A stretch of 64,000 bases of DNA, from NCBI GenBank assembly GCA_964525995.1, contig CAZGIM010000012.1, positions 3,636-67,635 of the forward strand, read 5' to 3'. A program made the translations under genes and the position numbers. Positions 9,919 to 20,879 of the stretch are shown here, piece by piece. The stretch comes from an uncultured Prolixibacteraceae bacterium. GTDB taxonomy: Bacteria > Bacteroidota > Bacteroidia > Bacteroidales > FEN-979. The notes under the pieces are model-generated. The model searched no databases and was not told where the DNA came from. It worked only from the letters and a program-made list of their open reading frames with translations. Position 1 is the stretch's first letter; every line of letters starts with the position of its first letter.

Positions 9919-10928
9919 TTCGGTTGTTCCTTGTTAAAACAAATTCCTATTTCCTTCTTGACCAGATTAAAGGAGAAAGTGCCTTTAATAAAAAAATCGA
10001 AACCCAGCATACCGTCAATCTGGGTTCCGTAAAAGTCCGACATCGAAGAAAGATCGGTCAGGATGGTCTCCATCGGACTGATCTTCCGGTTGCCGACGGT
10101 AAAATCGTTCAGTATCCCGTACAGAACCTCCTTTTCTCCGGAACCCACGCCGCGCAGGCTCGACCTGCGTGTAATGGTCACCGAATTCATTACCTTTTTC
10201 GATACCGTGAGATTAATTACATTCGATTCAGCTCCTGTATCAAGACAGAAATAGAGCGGGCGTCCGGCGATGTTCGCAGTCATGAACATGATATTCCCAT
10301 GGCGCTCCATTTTCTGAATCTGATCGAATTTCATCACCTGACTGTTAGCGGTCAACCGGTTGCCATTCCGGTCGGTCCGGTAAATCTGAAGTTCGTTTCC
10401 TCCTGCATTGAGCACAATTTCATAATCCTTGAGGATAGCCATGCCCAGAAGTCCTAAAATCTTCACTCCCCTTCGGTTTTCCAGATGACCCAGTGGCGCG
10501 ATATCGGTCATGATCCCGTTGATGGTTATTCCCGAGAACTGAAGTCGGCCGATCCTTGTCTTTTCAATCTTTCCGGCTGTTCCGGTGATGCCACCGGCCT
10601 CCCTTGATACGGTGGTGGCATAATTCCGGAAATAGGTTTTATTGAGAACCAGTTCCTCCGACCCTGTATCGAGGATCAGATTACCTGTGATCTGGTCGAT
10701 GACTCCTTCAACCAGCAAGAGCCTTCCCGCCCGTTTCAAGGGGATCGAAACACCTAATAGAATTCCTGAGGGGTCATACACAGGCGAACCTCTCACCGAA
10801 AGCATCGAAATCATCAGTCCCGATCGTAGGTTCACCCCTGGCAGGGCAACAATATCAGGTCGCAGCCCAAGATTCAGGGCTAAAAGAAGGAATATTATCA
10901 GAAACCCGAATCTAAGTTTCCTGACCAT
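9915..10928 (-). CDS. Two-lobed retropepsin-like aspartic protease (two Asp_protease_2-type domains in one chain), signal-anchored
   Basis: Two catalytic-type motifs, LILDTGSEELVLN and FCLDTGAESNVIN, about 145 aa apart. Hydrophobic N-terminus FGFLIIFLLLALNLGL. Start is 23 bp downstream of the giant gene's stop. Confidence 0.7.
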   Translation of the reverse strand: MVRKLRFGFLIIFLLLALNLGLRPDIVALPGVNLRSGLMISMLSVRGSPVYDPSGILLGVSIPLKRAGRLLLVEGVIDQITGNLILDTGSEELVLNKTYFRNYATTVSREAGGITGTAGKIEKTRIGRLQFSGITINGIMTDIAPLGHLENRRGVKILGLLGMAILKDYEIVLNAGGNELQIYRTDRNGNRLTANSQVMKFDQIQKMERHGNIMFMTANIAGRPLYFCLDTGAESNVINLTVSKKVMNSVTITRRSSLRGVGSGEKEVLYGILNDFTVGNRKISPMETILTDLSSMSDFYGTQIDGMLGFDFFIKGTFSFNLVKKEIGICFNKEQPK

Positions 10929-10951
10929 AGATCATAATCCGTGGATATACT

Positions 10952-13900
10952 CTATTTTTCTTCGTTCAGAATGATCAGTTTCTTGATAATCCTGGTCTGA
11001 CCCCGCTGGAGGATCAACTGATACAATCCGGCCGGCGGGTTTCCCAATTCGATTGTCAGGGTCCTGGTTCCCTGAAACTCCGATTGTTTTACAATTTGTT
11101 TCAGGTGCCCGAGATTATCGGCCAGCCAGATATCGAGGGGCTCCCCGGAACCGGTATTATTCCATTCAACAGTGATCCGGTTGTCGGCCGGATTGGGATA
11201 AATTTTAACTCCTGTGTCATCCTGAGTCCCAATTCCCACCGGATAAATAACAACGACATTGGAGGGGTCGGATACACATCCGAACGGACTGGCAATCACG
11301 AAATAATGTCCGGGTATGTATGCCACATATTGCTGAGCTGTGGCGCCGGGGATGGGCTGATTGTCGCGGTACCACTGGTTTCCTTCAGGTGCACTGGAAA
11401 CCAGGGTGTCGGGGTCAATTACCGTTACGATGGGGGCTTCAGGATATGGATGTACCGAAATATGCAGTACCGGCGAGTAAGGCCCGTTTCCGCAGGTGTT
11501 GATCCCGAAAACGGAGATATTTCCCGACTGGGCATTTTCGCCAAAGCTAACTGTTATGATATTGGTGTTGGCCCCTCCGGTTATGACGGCTCCTGCCGGC
11601 ACAGCCCAGTCATATCCGATGGCATCCGGTATCAGGGCAACCGAATAGATCACTCCCGTCAGCGGCTTACAGATCAGGGTGTCGCCTGCAATCGCACTGG
11701 GTGTTCCGGGAATAGACCGCACCAGTACCGCCATTGATGAAAGCTGCGAGTTACAGCCTGCCGGTGTGTTATAGGTCACCGTGACTGTCTGCGCGCCTGG
11801 CGCCGTCCAGTAGATCTGAATACTCCGGGTCCCTTGTCCCCCGACAATAATTCCCCCCGAAGTAACGGTCCAAAGGTAGTTCACCATGCCCTGCTCGGTC
11901 AGATAGGTATAATTTCCTGATGTCATACAGGGATTGTTATTACCTGTGATGGTCGGAACCGGAACCGCATTGACGGTTACAGGCAGATTGGTGGGAATGG
12001 CAGCGGTACATCCGTGGGCATCGGTATAATTGACCGAAACTCCCTGTACTCCGGCGGTATTCCAATTCACGGTGATCATGTTGGTTCCGGCCCCGGAGAC
12101 GATCACACCGCCAGCCGTAACACTCCATTGGTAGTTGATCATACCGCCTTCGGTTGAATATACAACCCCCATGGTTCCCGCACACAGTGAAGTCTGTCCC
12201 GAAATAATGGGTACCGGCTGGGAATAGACTGTGACCGTATGAGTGGATGGAGTGGCCGCCGTACAACCGTTGGAATTGGTATAGTTAACCGTTACCGTTT
12301 TTGGTCCGGCAGTGGTCCACTGAACCTGGATGGCATTGCTTCCGCTTCCCGAAAGGATGGTTCCTCCGGCCGACACCGTCCATTGGTACCCCGTCATCCC
12401 GGTCTCCGTGGTATGATTGGTGGTCCCTCCTAAACATGATAGGCTGTTTCCTGTTATAGTGGGGACAGGCAAAGCATTGACTGTAACAGTTTTCGATGTC
12501 GGTTGACCGGCGGAACAACCATTACTGTTGGTGTAATTCACTGTGACACTCTGTGTTCCGGCGGTAATCCAGGTTACGGTGATAATGTTGGTACCTGCCC
12601 CGGCTGTAATGGTTCCTCCGGGTGAAATGTTCCATATATAATTCAAAAACCCGGGATCGGTGCTATATGCAACACCCGTCGTTCCGGCACAGACCGAAGA
12701 TATCCCAATGATTGTGGGATTCGGGGAGGTTTGGACGACCACCGATTTCAGCGTGGGTGCGGCAGCGGTGCAACCCAGGGCGTTGGTATAATTCACGCTG
12801 ACCCATTGGGCACCTGCCGTATTCCATGCAACGGTGATGCTGCTCGTATTGGTGGTGGTTGAGGTCAGTATTGTTCCCCCGGGTGATACATTCCATATAT
12901 AGTTGGTCATCCCCGGTTCGGTAACATAAATGTTGTTGATTGATCCGGCGCAGGCCACGGCATTTCCGGTAAGCGTCGGAACTGGGAGCGGATTAATCGT
13001 TACACCGAACTGCGTCGGCGCCGATGCCATACATCCTGCAGGATTGGTATAATTCACCGAAACCACTTGTGGGGTCAGGGTATTCCAGGTCACCGTGATG
13101 GTTCGGGTTCCGGCCCCTGAGGTTATGACTCCTCCCGACGAAACGGTCCAAAGGTAATTGGTCATTCCCGGTTCTGTAAAATAAAGATTGCCGGTTGATC
13201 CTAAACAAGCGTTACCGCTTCCGGTAATAGTCGGAACCGGCAAGTCGGAAACTGTTATGGCCTTGGAAGTAACCTGCAGCGGATAACATCCGTTAGAATC
13301 CATGTAACTCACGGTAACAGTCTTGGTACCGGCCGACGACCAGGATATAACGATAGAATGGGTTCCGGCCCCTGCAATGATGGTGCCGCCCTGACTGACC
13401 GTCCATTGGTATGAATTCATCCCCGGTTCAGTGTTACAGGTTGTGATGCCGTTAACACAAGCAACGGGGCTGTTCGTGATAGTCGGAATTGGCAATGGAT
13501 ACACTGTCACGGTCTTCTGGGAAGGCGTAAGAGCGGGACATCCGTTGAGATCGGAATAAGTAACCGTGATTGACTGTACTCCGGCTGCTACCCAGTCAAC
13601 GGTTATCGCATTGGTCCCGGCCCCTGAGGTGATGATCCCACCGGGTGTGATGGTCCAGGAATAACCGTTCATCCCTGCTTCGCAGTAATAAACGGCAGTA
13701 GTACCGTTGCATATCTGCGACAAGCCTGTAATCACCGGTACCGGTGCTGGTGCAACGACTACATTCCTGACCGTGGGCGAGGCGGCCGGACATCCTGCGG
13801 GATCGGTATAATTTACCGAAACCCATTGACTTCCCGGTACCGACCAGGTAACGGTGATCGTGGCCGTACCCAATCCTGAGGTGATGATTCCTCCCGTGGA

Positions 13901-16900
13901 GATCGACCAGAGGTAATTCTGCATACCGGGTGTAGTGGCATAAACCACACCGGCTGCTGATTGACAACTCTGTGCAGGGCCGTCAATCCAAGGGACCGGC
14001 GAGGTGGTTATAGTTACATTTTTACTGGTCGGTCCCGATGCGGTGCACCCTTTCTGATTGATATAATTAACTTCGATGGCATGATTGCCTGCACTGTACC
14101 AGATCACCGTCACCGAATTCGTTCCGGCACCGGCAATGATCACGCCTGTTGTCGAAACGCTCCAGGTATAACCGGTCATTCCTGTTTCGGTGTAATAATT
14201 CACCGGTATCAGGGTACAGCCCTGTCCTGGACCGGTTATGGTAGGAATAACCAAGTCATTAACGGTGACTGTTTTGGTCGATGGTACGGCAGTACATCCG
14301 TTTGAATTGGTATAGGAAACATATACGGTCTGAAGGCCCGTCGCGGTCCAATTGACAGTTACCGTTGGTGAATTGGCTCCAGAAACGATGGTTCCGCCCG
14401 GCGTTACATTCCATTGGTAGTTAGTCATCCCGGCCTCTGTGCTGTAAGATGCGTCAAAGGTCACACAGGCATTGGAACCTCCGTTGATCAGGGGTACGGG
14501 AAGCGGATTTACGATAATGGTTTTCACCGTCGATGAAGAGGCTGAGCATCCGTTACCGTCCTGGTAGTTGACGGTAATGCTCTGTGTGCCGGCCAATAGC
14601 CAGGAAACGGAAATTGCCGAGGTTCCCTGCCCCGATTCGATAATACCGCCGGAAGAGATATTCCAACTGTACCCGCTCATCCCCGTATCGGTCGCGAATA
14701 TATTTCCCGCAGTGCCTGGACATCCTGTCGCAGGCCCCGTAATCACCGGAACCGGGAGTTCATGGACGGTAACCGTAAGGGTAGAAGGTTGTGTGGCGGT
14801 GCACAGATCGGAATTGGTATAGTTCACTGTTACGGTCTTTATTCCCGGAGTGTTCCAGGTCACCTGCACAGTATCGCTGGTACTTGTGCCGCCGGCCGTG
14901 ATAATCCCGCCTGGTGGAACAATCCAGGTATAGTGTGTTTTTCCGGACTCGGTCCGGTAAAGATTGCCGGTTGAATTACGACAAACTGAAACAGGTCCGG
15001 TGAGTGTCGGCACAGGAAGTGGGTGAACCGTACAAAATACCGTGGCAGGGGTGAGTGCATCACATCCCGACAGGTTGATATAATTGACCTTCACCCAATG
15101 ATTCCCGGTGGTATTCCAGGCTACCGTGATCGTGTTGGTATGGTCCGATGGATTGGTAAGAATCGTCCCTCCCGGTGAGACAGACCATTCATAAAGCATC
15201 ATTCCTGCCTCGGTCGCGTAAGTATTGTCGGCTGAACCCACACATGCCGAGCCGGTTCCGGCAAGCGTCGGCACCGGCCGTACATTAACAGAAACATCGA
15301 AATTTGTTGGTATCGTTGTTGAACAGCCGTGCTGATCGGTATAGACCACTGTGACATACTGTAAACCGGCAACGCTCCATGAAACGGTGATACTGTTTGT
15401 ACCTGCTCCTCCGGTGATGGCGCCACCTGGAGAAACCGACCAGGTATAACCGGTCATCCCGGGATCGGTGGAATAGTCAAATCCCGTTCCGCCGGCACAT
15501 GCATAGCTAGGACCAGTAATGACGGGAACTGGGGCGGGATATACCAGGATGGATTTGGTGGTTGGAACAGGAGCCGAACAGTTGCTGGTATTGGTATAAT
15601 TGACCGAAACAGTATTGTTTCCCGCCTGCGTCCATTTGACAGTGATGATATGGGTTCCCAGACCCGATGTGATGATACCGCCAGGACCAACAGACCATTG
15701 ATACAATGCCATACCCGCTTCGGTTGTAAAGACTACAGTACCGTCGATACAAATGGTATCAGCACCGGTAATCGTTGGTTCGGGAGAAGGATAAACCGTG
15801 ATTTGCTTTGAGCCCGGCACTTGGGTAGGACACCCTGAAGAGCCGTTGATGTAAGTGACGGTAAGAGTATGAATCCCGACATTATTCCATTTGACACTTA
15901 CTGAATTCGTATTCGCACCCGAAATTATGGTTCCTCCTCCGGAGAGGGTCCATTCATAATTGACCATTCCCGGAGTGGTAGTATATACCGATATATTACT
16001 ATTACACATGATTTCCGGTCCTATAATTACAGGAAGCGGTAATGGAAGGACATTTATTGCCTTGATTGTCGGACCCGGGGAACTGCATCCCGCCGCATTC
16101 AGGTAATTAACTGTGATGGTTTGGGTGCCCGCGCCGATCCAGTCCACGCTGATGGCGTTTGTCCCCTGACCTCCGGTAAGAATTCCGCCTGATGTAACCG
16201 TCCAGGTGTATCCCGTCATAGCCGGTTCGGTAAAATACACGACTCCGGTGCTATTTTGACAGATCGGAGTCGTACCTGTGACAGTAGGCACGGGTGAACC
16301 CGAGACAGTAACTTGTTTTACCGTCGGATTGGCCTGCGTGCAACCGATCGGATCGGTGTAGACCACGCTGACAGTTCTGTTTCCTACGCTGTTCCATGTG
16401 ACCGTAACCGTGCGCGTATTAATAGGTCCGTCGATGGTTCCACCTGATGAAACAGACCAGTTATAGTTTTGCATCCCGGCTTCAGTAAAATAAATCTCAT
16501 GATGACCCGTGCAGGATTGTGCCGGACCGGTAATGGTAGCCACACTATTATTTTGTACCGTAACCGGTTTGGTCGAAGGAACCAGGGTGATACATCCGCT
16601 TCCATTTGTAAATACGACCGAAACAGTGTGATTACCTGCAGAAGTCCAGGCGATGGTGGCTGCATCAGCGTTTGAGCCGGAAATGATGGTGCCGCCCGGC
16701 GTCACACTCCACTGATAACCATTCATGCCCGGGGTGGTCTGAAAAACAGACTGACTACCATTGCATGCTATTGAAGGCCCCTGGATCACCGGTACGGGGG
16801 CTGGGAGCACCGTTATCGTCCTGACCGCCGGTACAGCAGGATGGCAACCTTTCAGATTGGTATAGGTTACCGACAAGGTTTTAGTACCAGAGGCAATCCA

Positions 16901-19900
16901 TGTCACCGAAATGGATTCCGTTCCCTGACCTGAATCAATGGTGCCGCCGGATCCGACATCCCAGATATAATCTGTCATTCCTGGTTCTGTCAAATAGATA
17001 TTGCCCGGCATTCCCTGGCAAGGGGCGGCCGGTCCGGTGATGACGGGGGCCGGAAGCGGATGAACCGTCACCGTGACTACAGCCGAAGCTGCAGCCTGAC
17101 ATCCGAATTCATTAGCATAATTAACCGAAACCTGCTTTGTTCCGGATCCCGTCCAGGTGACAGTGATCATATTGCTTGTCGGGGTTCCCCCGGAGGTGAC
17201 GGTTCCACCCGGTGATACGACCCACGAATAGTTGCTTTTCCCGCTTTCGGTAACATAAACATTACCGGAGGTGTTTTGACAAACCGAATCGGGACCTGAT
17301 AGAGTCGGAACCGGTCTGACATTGACAGTCACGGCAAATACAGCCGGCGTCAGAGCCTGGCAACCAGCTACACTGGTATAGTTCACACCAACCCACTGTG
17401 GTCCGGTGGCATTCCATTGAACTGTGATAGTGCTTTCGTGAAGTGAAGGATTGGTAAGGATTGTTCCGCCCGGGGATACTGTCCAGGAATAGGTACCCAT
17501 TCCGGTCTGGGTACTGTAGTTGTTGTTCACCGACCCGTTGCAAGCGGTTGTGGCACCTGAAATCACAGGATTTGACGGTCGTTCGTTGATCGAAATATTA
17601 TACTGGCTGGGCGATGCTGCGGTACAACCATATGGATCCGTATAACTGACCCTGACATACTGCAAACCGGTTGAGGTCCAGTCAACGGTTATGGTCGAAG
17701 TTCCGCCACCAGTTGAAATGGTTCCTCCTGATGAGACCGACCAGTTGTAACCTGTCATTCCCGATGCCGTTGAAAAGATACTCCCTTCCCCGCCGGAACA
17801 GGCAAAGGTAGGTCCTGTTATCACCGGTACAGGCGGGGCAAGTACCCTGATGATCTTGTCGGCATATGAAGGACATATGTAGGTGGTAGTATAGCTTACG
17901 GTCACCTTCCCGTTGCCGGCTTGGGTCCATTTCACCGATATGCTGCTGGTTCCCTGTCCCGAAGTGATAATCCCGCCGGTAACAGTCCATTGATAAAGCG
18001 CCATTCCCGATTCCGTTGAAAAGACCAAGGTCCCGTTCAAACATATGGTGTCACTTCCTGTTATGGTGGCTAAGGGCGTAGAATTTACCGTCACATTTTT
18101 CACTGTGGGGATCAGGGTAGGACACCCGAAGGTATTCAGATAGCTTACGCTTACAGTCTTCGCCCCGGAAGTATTCCAGACCACTGAAATGGAATTGCTG
18201 CCAGATCCGGAGACTATGGTTCCGCCCTCGGATAAGGTCCAGACATAATTGGTCATTCCCGCTTCGGTGCTGTAAAATACCGTAGTACCTGTACAGGCAA
18301 TGGAGGAGCCGGTGATTACCGGCTGGGGAGATGGAAAAACGGTGATGATTTTAGAGGTCGGTGTTGCTGCAATACACCCCGACGAATTTCTGTAATTCAC
18401 GGTGATGGTTTGCGTGCCTGAACTGACCCAGTCAACGCTGATAAAATAGGTTCCCTGTCCCGATGTAATGATCCCTCCCGAAGTTATGGTCCAGACATAA
18501 TCGGCCATCCCCTGCTCGGTAAAATAGATGACACCGGAACTGGACGGACAAATGGAGGTTGTGCCGGTAATGGTTGGAACAGGCGCCATATAAACCTGAA
18601 TATTTTTCTGAGTCGGCGTTGTAGCGCTACATCCGCCCGGATCGCTATATCTTACCGTTACATACTGGGCCCCTGCTGAATTCCACCTTATGGAAACGGT
18701 ACTGGAATTGGCCGGTCCGATAATAGTACCCCCCGACGAAACGGTCCAGATATATCCCGACATCCCTGTTTCGGTACTGTACACTTCGGTAAATCCCGTG
18801 CAGGAGGGATCAGGGCCGTTAATTGTGGGAATGACGGTGGATTGCACCGTGACGGTTTTAACCGTAGGCGCCAAAGCCGTACATCCGTTTGCATTGGTAT
18901 AATTGACGGTTATTTGCTGATTTCCTGTTGAATTCCAGGTGACAGATATCGAATTGGAATTGGCCGGTCCGTCTATAGTTCCGCCAGTAACCGACCAGGC
19001 ATAACCAGTCATTCCGGTCTCGGTGGTATAGATATTTCCTGAGGTGCTGACACAAGCCATGGCAGATCCCGAAATGGTGGGTACCGGCAAGGGATTAACC
19101 GTTATTTTAACCGCGTTGGTATAAAGGGTTCCGCATGAACCAGAGCTTGTCTGTGCCTGTCTGTACCAGGTTGATACGGTAAGGATTCCCGGTTGATAGG
19201 TCATTTGGGTAGCGCCAGATATCGGGGTAAAGTTCAGGTTATCGGTCGATTGTTCCCAATTGAAGAAGTAAGGTGTTACACCACCGGTTGGCATGGTTGC
19301 AGAAAGGATCAGTGGAGACTGGGTGGCACAAATCGATTGATTCGCTGATGCAGTGCCGGCTATGAACTGAGGATAAACGGTGATGTTGTAAGTGGAAACC
19401 GGCCCTGTGCAACCGTTTGCTACCGGCGTGACGGAAATGACAGCATTGATTGGCACAGACGATGCATTGGTGGCAGTAAACGATGGCACTGAAGTCCCGG
19501 ATCCGGAAACGGCAAGTCCTATTGCCGTATTGCTATTAGTCCAGGTGAAGGTAGTCCCCGCAACAGTCCCGTTCAGTTGGGTGGCAGGGACTGTCACTCC
19601 GTTACAATAAATCTGATCTGCGATAGCAACAACTGTTGGTTTGGGTTTAATCGTTACTAATACACTGGTTGAACCCGAACAGCCTTCTGTCGCTGTTTCC
19701 ATGACCGTCAGTGTAACCGTCTGATTCACTGAGGTATTATTGGTCCAGATCACATTGACGGGCGAACCAGTCGATCCACCGTTAAAAGTACCGTACCACA
19801 AGCCGGTGACCGGTGTCAGCGACCATGCGAAAGAAGATCCAGGAGCGCCGGAGGCAGAATAGGATGTGGATTCTTCGGGACAGGTCAGCAAAGATCCGCT

Positions 19901-20803
19901 AATAGATGGGGTGGGCGCAGCAATTACCGTAATATTCCGGGTGGCGCTGGTTGCAGTACACGATCCGTCCTGAACGTTCGAATAACTAACGGTGACAGAA
20001 GCAGTACCGGCGACGGTTCCCCCAAAAAGGGTTATCGAGGAGGTTCCCTGACCGGTAAACGAAACAACATTGGGCGCCGATCCGGTAACATTCCATACAT
20101 AGTTGTAGTAGTTCGTTCCGGGTGGAGGAACCGGTGCGTTCAGAATAAATGAAGCGCCGGAACATAACTGCCCTGATCCGCCGGTGATCGCGCTTCCATT
20201 GGCAGGAGGGGCAAGAACTGTAACATTTTGGACCACCGGATCAGAATAACATATCGCTGATCCCTCACCGGGTCTGGATGCCCGGAGTGTAATGGAATAG
20301 GTGCCGGGAGTGCCGGGCCAGGTAACAATGCCCATGGTTCCCGACCATACCGGTGGCGATCCTCCTGTCACTACCCAATCATAATCTTCACCCGATAAAG
20401 GGTAGGCCACCGAGTAAGGATAACTGGAATTGGTACAAACCGTGAATACCCCCAGGATCGCAGGAGTTGTCACACCTACCAGGACAGTGAGTGATGCCGG
20501 TCCGGAACCGGTTACCACGTTGATGGAACCCGTACCGGGTAATGATCCCCAGTCAACCGTTATCACGGGTGTATTGCCGATTACCGTTATCGGAGCAGCA
20601 CCTGTCGAGGTGATAGTCCAGGAGTACGGAAAGGTTCCACCCACGGCTGTATAGACATTAACGCCTGCACTGGCACAAACGCTTGCAGGCCCGTTGATGG
20701 TAACCTGAGCCGATATGCTGTTTGAGAATCCCGATAACAAAATCTGGAACGCAATAAGCATTACCAGACTGTATCCATTCAATTTACCCGTAAATGTTTT
20801 CAT
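10952..20803 (-). CDS. Giant T9SS-secreted repeat protein G1 (3283 aa): degenerate N-terminal modules, 1 B-module, 1 C-module, ~29 PKD-like A-modules, PKD-like 'GYxWxVPxGA' domain, GNQWY module, type-A T9SS CTD
   Basis: Single uninterrupted ORF with a signal peptide (ILLSGFSNSISAQ). Repeated motif C.G....Y.TE.GM..Y.W.V..GG.I..G.GT..I.V.W...G...V.V.Y....GC. C-terminus VKIYPNPADNRITVEW...KKLIILNEEK. Confidence 0.85.
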   Translation of the reverse strand: MKTFTGKLNGYSLVMLIAFQILLSGFSNSISAQVTINGPASVCASAGVNVYTAVGGTFPYSWTITSTGAAPITVIGNTPVITVDWGSLPGTGSINVVTGSGPASLTVLVGVTTPAILGVFTVCTNSSYPYSVAYPLSGEDYDWVVTGGSPPVWSGTMGIVTWPGTPGTYSITLRASRPGEGSAICYSDPVVQNVTVLAPPANGSAITGGSGQLCSGASFILNAPVPPPGTNYYNYVWNVTGSAPNVVSFTGQGTSSITLFGGTVAGTASVTVSYSNVQDGSCTATSATRNITVIAAPTPSISGSLLTCPEESTSYSASGAPGSSFAWSLTPVTGLWYGTFNGGSTGSPVNVIWTNNTSVNQTVTLTVMETATEGCSGSTSVLVTIKPKPTVVAIADQIYCNGVTVPATQLNGTVAGTTFTWTNSNTAIGLAVSGSGTSVPSFTATNASSVPINAVISVTPVANGCTGPVSTYNITVYPQFIAGTASANQSICATQSPLILSATMPTGGVTPYFFNWEQSTDNLNFTPISGATQMTYQPGILTVSTWYRQAQTSSGSCGTLYTNAVKITVNPLPVPTISGSAMACVSTSGNIYTTETGMTGYAWSVTGGTIDGPANSNSISVTWNSTGNQQITVNYTNANGCTALAPTVKTVTVQSTVIPTINGPDPSCTGFTEVYSTETGMSGYIWTVSSGGTIIGPANSSTVSIRWNSAGAQYVTVRYSDPGGCSATTPTQKNIQVYMAPVPTITGTTSICPSSSGVIYFTEQGMADYVWTITSGGIITSGQGTYFISVDWVSSGTQTITVNYRNSSGCIAATPTSKIITVFPSPQPVITGSSIACTGTTVFYSTEAGMTNYVWTLSEGGTIVSGSGSNSISVVWNTSGAKTVSVSYLNTFGCPTLIPTVKNVTVNSTPLATITGSDTICLNGTLVFSTESGMALYQWTVTGGIITSGQGTSSISVKWTQAGNGKVTVSYTTTYICPSYADKIIRVLAPPVPVITGPTFACSGGEGSIFSTASGMTGYNWSVSSGGTISTGGGTSTITVDWTSTGLQYVRVSYTDPYGCTAASPSQYNISINERPSNPVISGATTACNGSVNNNYSTQTGMGTYSWTVSPGGTILTNPSLHESTITVQWNATGPQWVGVNYTSVAGCQALTPAVFAVTVNVRPVPTLSGPDSVCQNTSGNVYVTESGKSNYSWVVSPGGTVTSGGTPTSNMITVTWTGSGTKQVSVNYANEFGCQAAASAVVTVTVHPLPAPVITGPAAPCQGMPGNIYLTEPGMTDYIWDVGSGGTIDSGQGTESISVTWIASGTKTLSVTYTNLKGCHPAVPAVRTITVLPAPVPVIQGPSIACNGSQSVFQTTPGMNGYQWSVTPGGTIISGSNADAATIAWTSAGNHTVSVVFTNGSGCITLVPSTKPVTVQNNSVATITGPAQSCTGHHEIYFTEAGMQNYNWSVSSGGTIDGPINTRTVTVTWNSVGNRTVSVVYTDPIGCTQANPTVKQVTVSGSPVPTVTGTTPICQNSTGVVYFTEPAMTGYTWTVTSGGILTGGQGTNAISVDWIGAGTQTITVNYLNAAGCSSPGPTIKAINVLPLPLPVIIGPEIMCNSNISVYTTTPGMVNYEWTLSGGGTIISGANTNSVSVKWNNVGIHTLTVTYINGSSGCPTQVPGSKQITVYPSPEPTITGADTICIDGTVVFTTEAGMALYQWSVGPGGIITSGLGTHIITVKWTQAGNNTVSVNYTNTSNCSAPVPTTKSILVYPAPVPVITGPSYACAGGTGFDYSTDPGMTGYTWSVSPGGAITGGAGTNSITVSWSVAGLQYVTVVYTDQHGCSTTIPTNFDVSVNVRPVPTLAGTGSACVGSADNTYATEAGMMLYEWSVSPGGTILTNPSDHTNTITVAWNTTGNHWVKVNYINLSGCDALTPATVFCTVHPLPVPTLTGPVSVCRNSTGNLYRTESGKTHYTWIVPPGGIITAGGTSTSDTVQVTWNTPGIKTVTVNYTNSDLCTATQPSTLTVTVHELPVPVITGPATGCPGTAGNIFATDTGMSGYSWNISSGGIIESGQGTSAISVSWLLAGTQSITVNYQDGNGCSASSSTVKTIIVNPLPVPLINGGSNACVTFDASYSTEAGMTNYQWNVTPGGTIVSGANSPTVTVNWTATGLQTVYVSYTNSNGCTAVPSTKTVTVNDLVIPTITGPGQGCTLIPVNYYTETGMTGYTWSVSTTGVIIAGAGTNSVTVIWYSAGNHAIEVNYINQKGCTASGPTSKNVTITTSPVPWIDGPAQSCQSAAGVVYATTPGMQNYLWSISTGGIITSGLGTATITVTWSVPGSQWVSVNYTDPAGCPAASPTVRNVVVAPAPVPVITGLSQICNGTTAVYYCEAGMNGYSWTITPGGIITSGAGTNAITVDWVAAGVQSITVTYSDLNGCPALTPSQKTVTVYPLPIPTITNSPVACVNGITTCNTEPGMNSYQWTVSQGGTIIAGAGTHSIVISWSSAGTKTVTVSYMDSNGCYPLQVTSKAITVSDLPVPTITGSGNACLGSTGNLYFTEPGMTNYLWTVSSGGVITSGAGTRTITVTWNTLTPQVVSVNYTNPAGCMASAPTQFGVTINPLPVPTLTGNAVACAGSINNIYVTEPGMTNYIWNVSPGGTILTSTTTNTSSITVAWNTAGAQWVSVNYTNALGCTAAAPTLKSVVVQTSPNPTIIGISSVCAGTTGVAYSTDPGFLNYIWNISPGGTITAGAGTNIITVTWITAGTQSVTVNYTNSNGCSAGQPTSKTVTVNALPVPTITGNSLSCLGGTTNHTTETGMTGYQWTVSAGGTILSGSGSNAIQVQWTTAGPKTVTVNYTNSNGCTAATPSTHTVTVYSQPVPIISGQTSLCAGTMGVVYSTEGGMINYQWSVTAGGVIVSGAGTNMITVNWNTAGVQGVSVNYTDAHGCTAAIPTNLPVTVNAVPVPTITGNNNPCMTSGNYTYLTEQGMVNYLWTVTSGGIIVGGQGTRSIQIYWTAPGAQTVTVTYNTPAGCNSQLSSMAVLVRSIPGTPSAIAGDTLICKPLTGVIYSVALIPDAIGYDWAVPAGAVITGGANTNIITVSFGENAQSGNISVFGINTCGNGPYSPVLHISVHPYPEAPIVTVIDPDTLVSSAPEGNQWYRDNQPIPGATAQQYVAYIPGHYFVIASPFGCVSDPSNVVVIYPVGIGTQDDTGVKIYPNPADNRITVEWNNTGSGEPLDIWLADNLGHLKQIVKQSEFQGTRTLTIELGNPPAGLYQLILQRGQTRIIKKLIILNEEK
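11714..19081 (-). repeat. Array of ~29 tandem ~84-aa two-cysteine PKD-like modules (A-modules) in G1
   Basis: Modules counted from the translation (aa ~575-3030). Each starts G..xxC and ends ..GC......V.V...P.P.I.G. The DNA copies are divergent, with no long identical stretches. Confidence 0.8.
19088..19642 (-). other. B-module (..C.G..VPAT...G.V.GTTF.WTNSN..IGL..SG.G..P.FTA.N....P....I.VTP.ANGC.G) followed by C-module (GG..PY.F.WE.S.D...F..I.GAT...Y.PG) in G1
   Basis: aa ~388-572 of G1. The same B-then-C junction recurs twice in G2. Confidence 0.6.
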
Positions 20804-20879
20804 CGGTAAATGGTTTGATATTAATGGGTCAACTCCTGTTTCCCGAAGCTAAATTAACATAAATTTCGAGGAGCCGATC

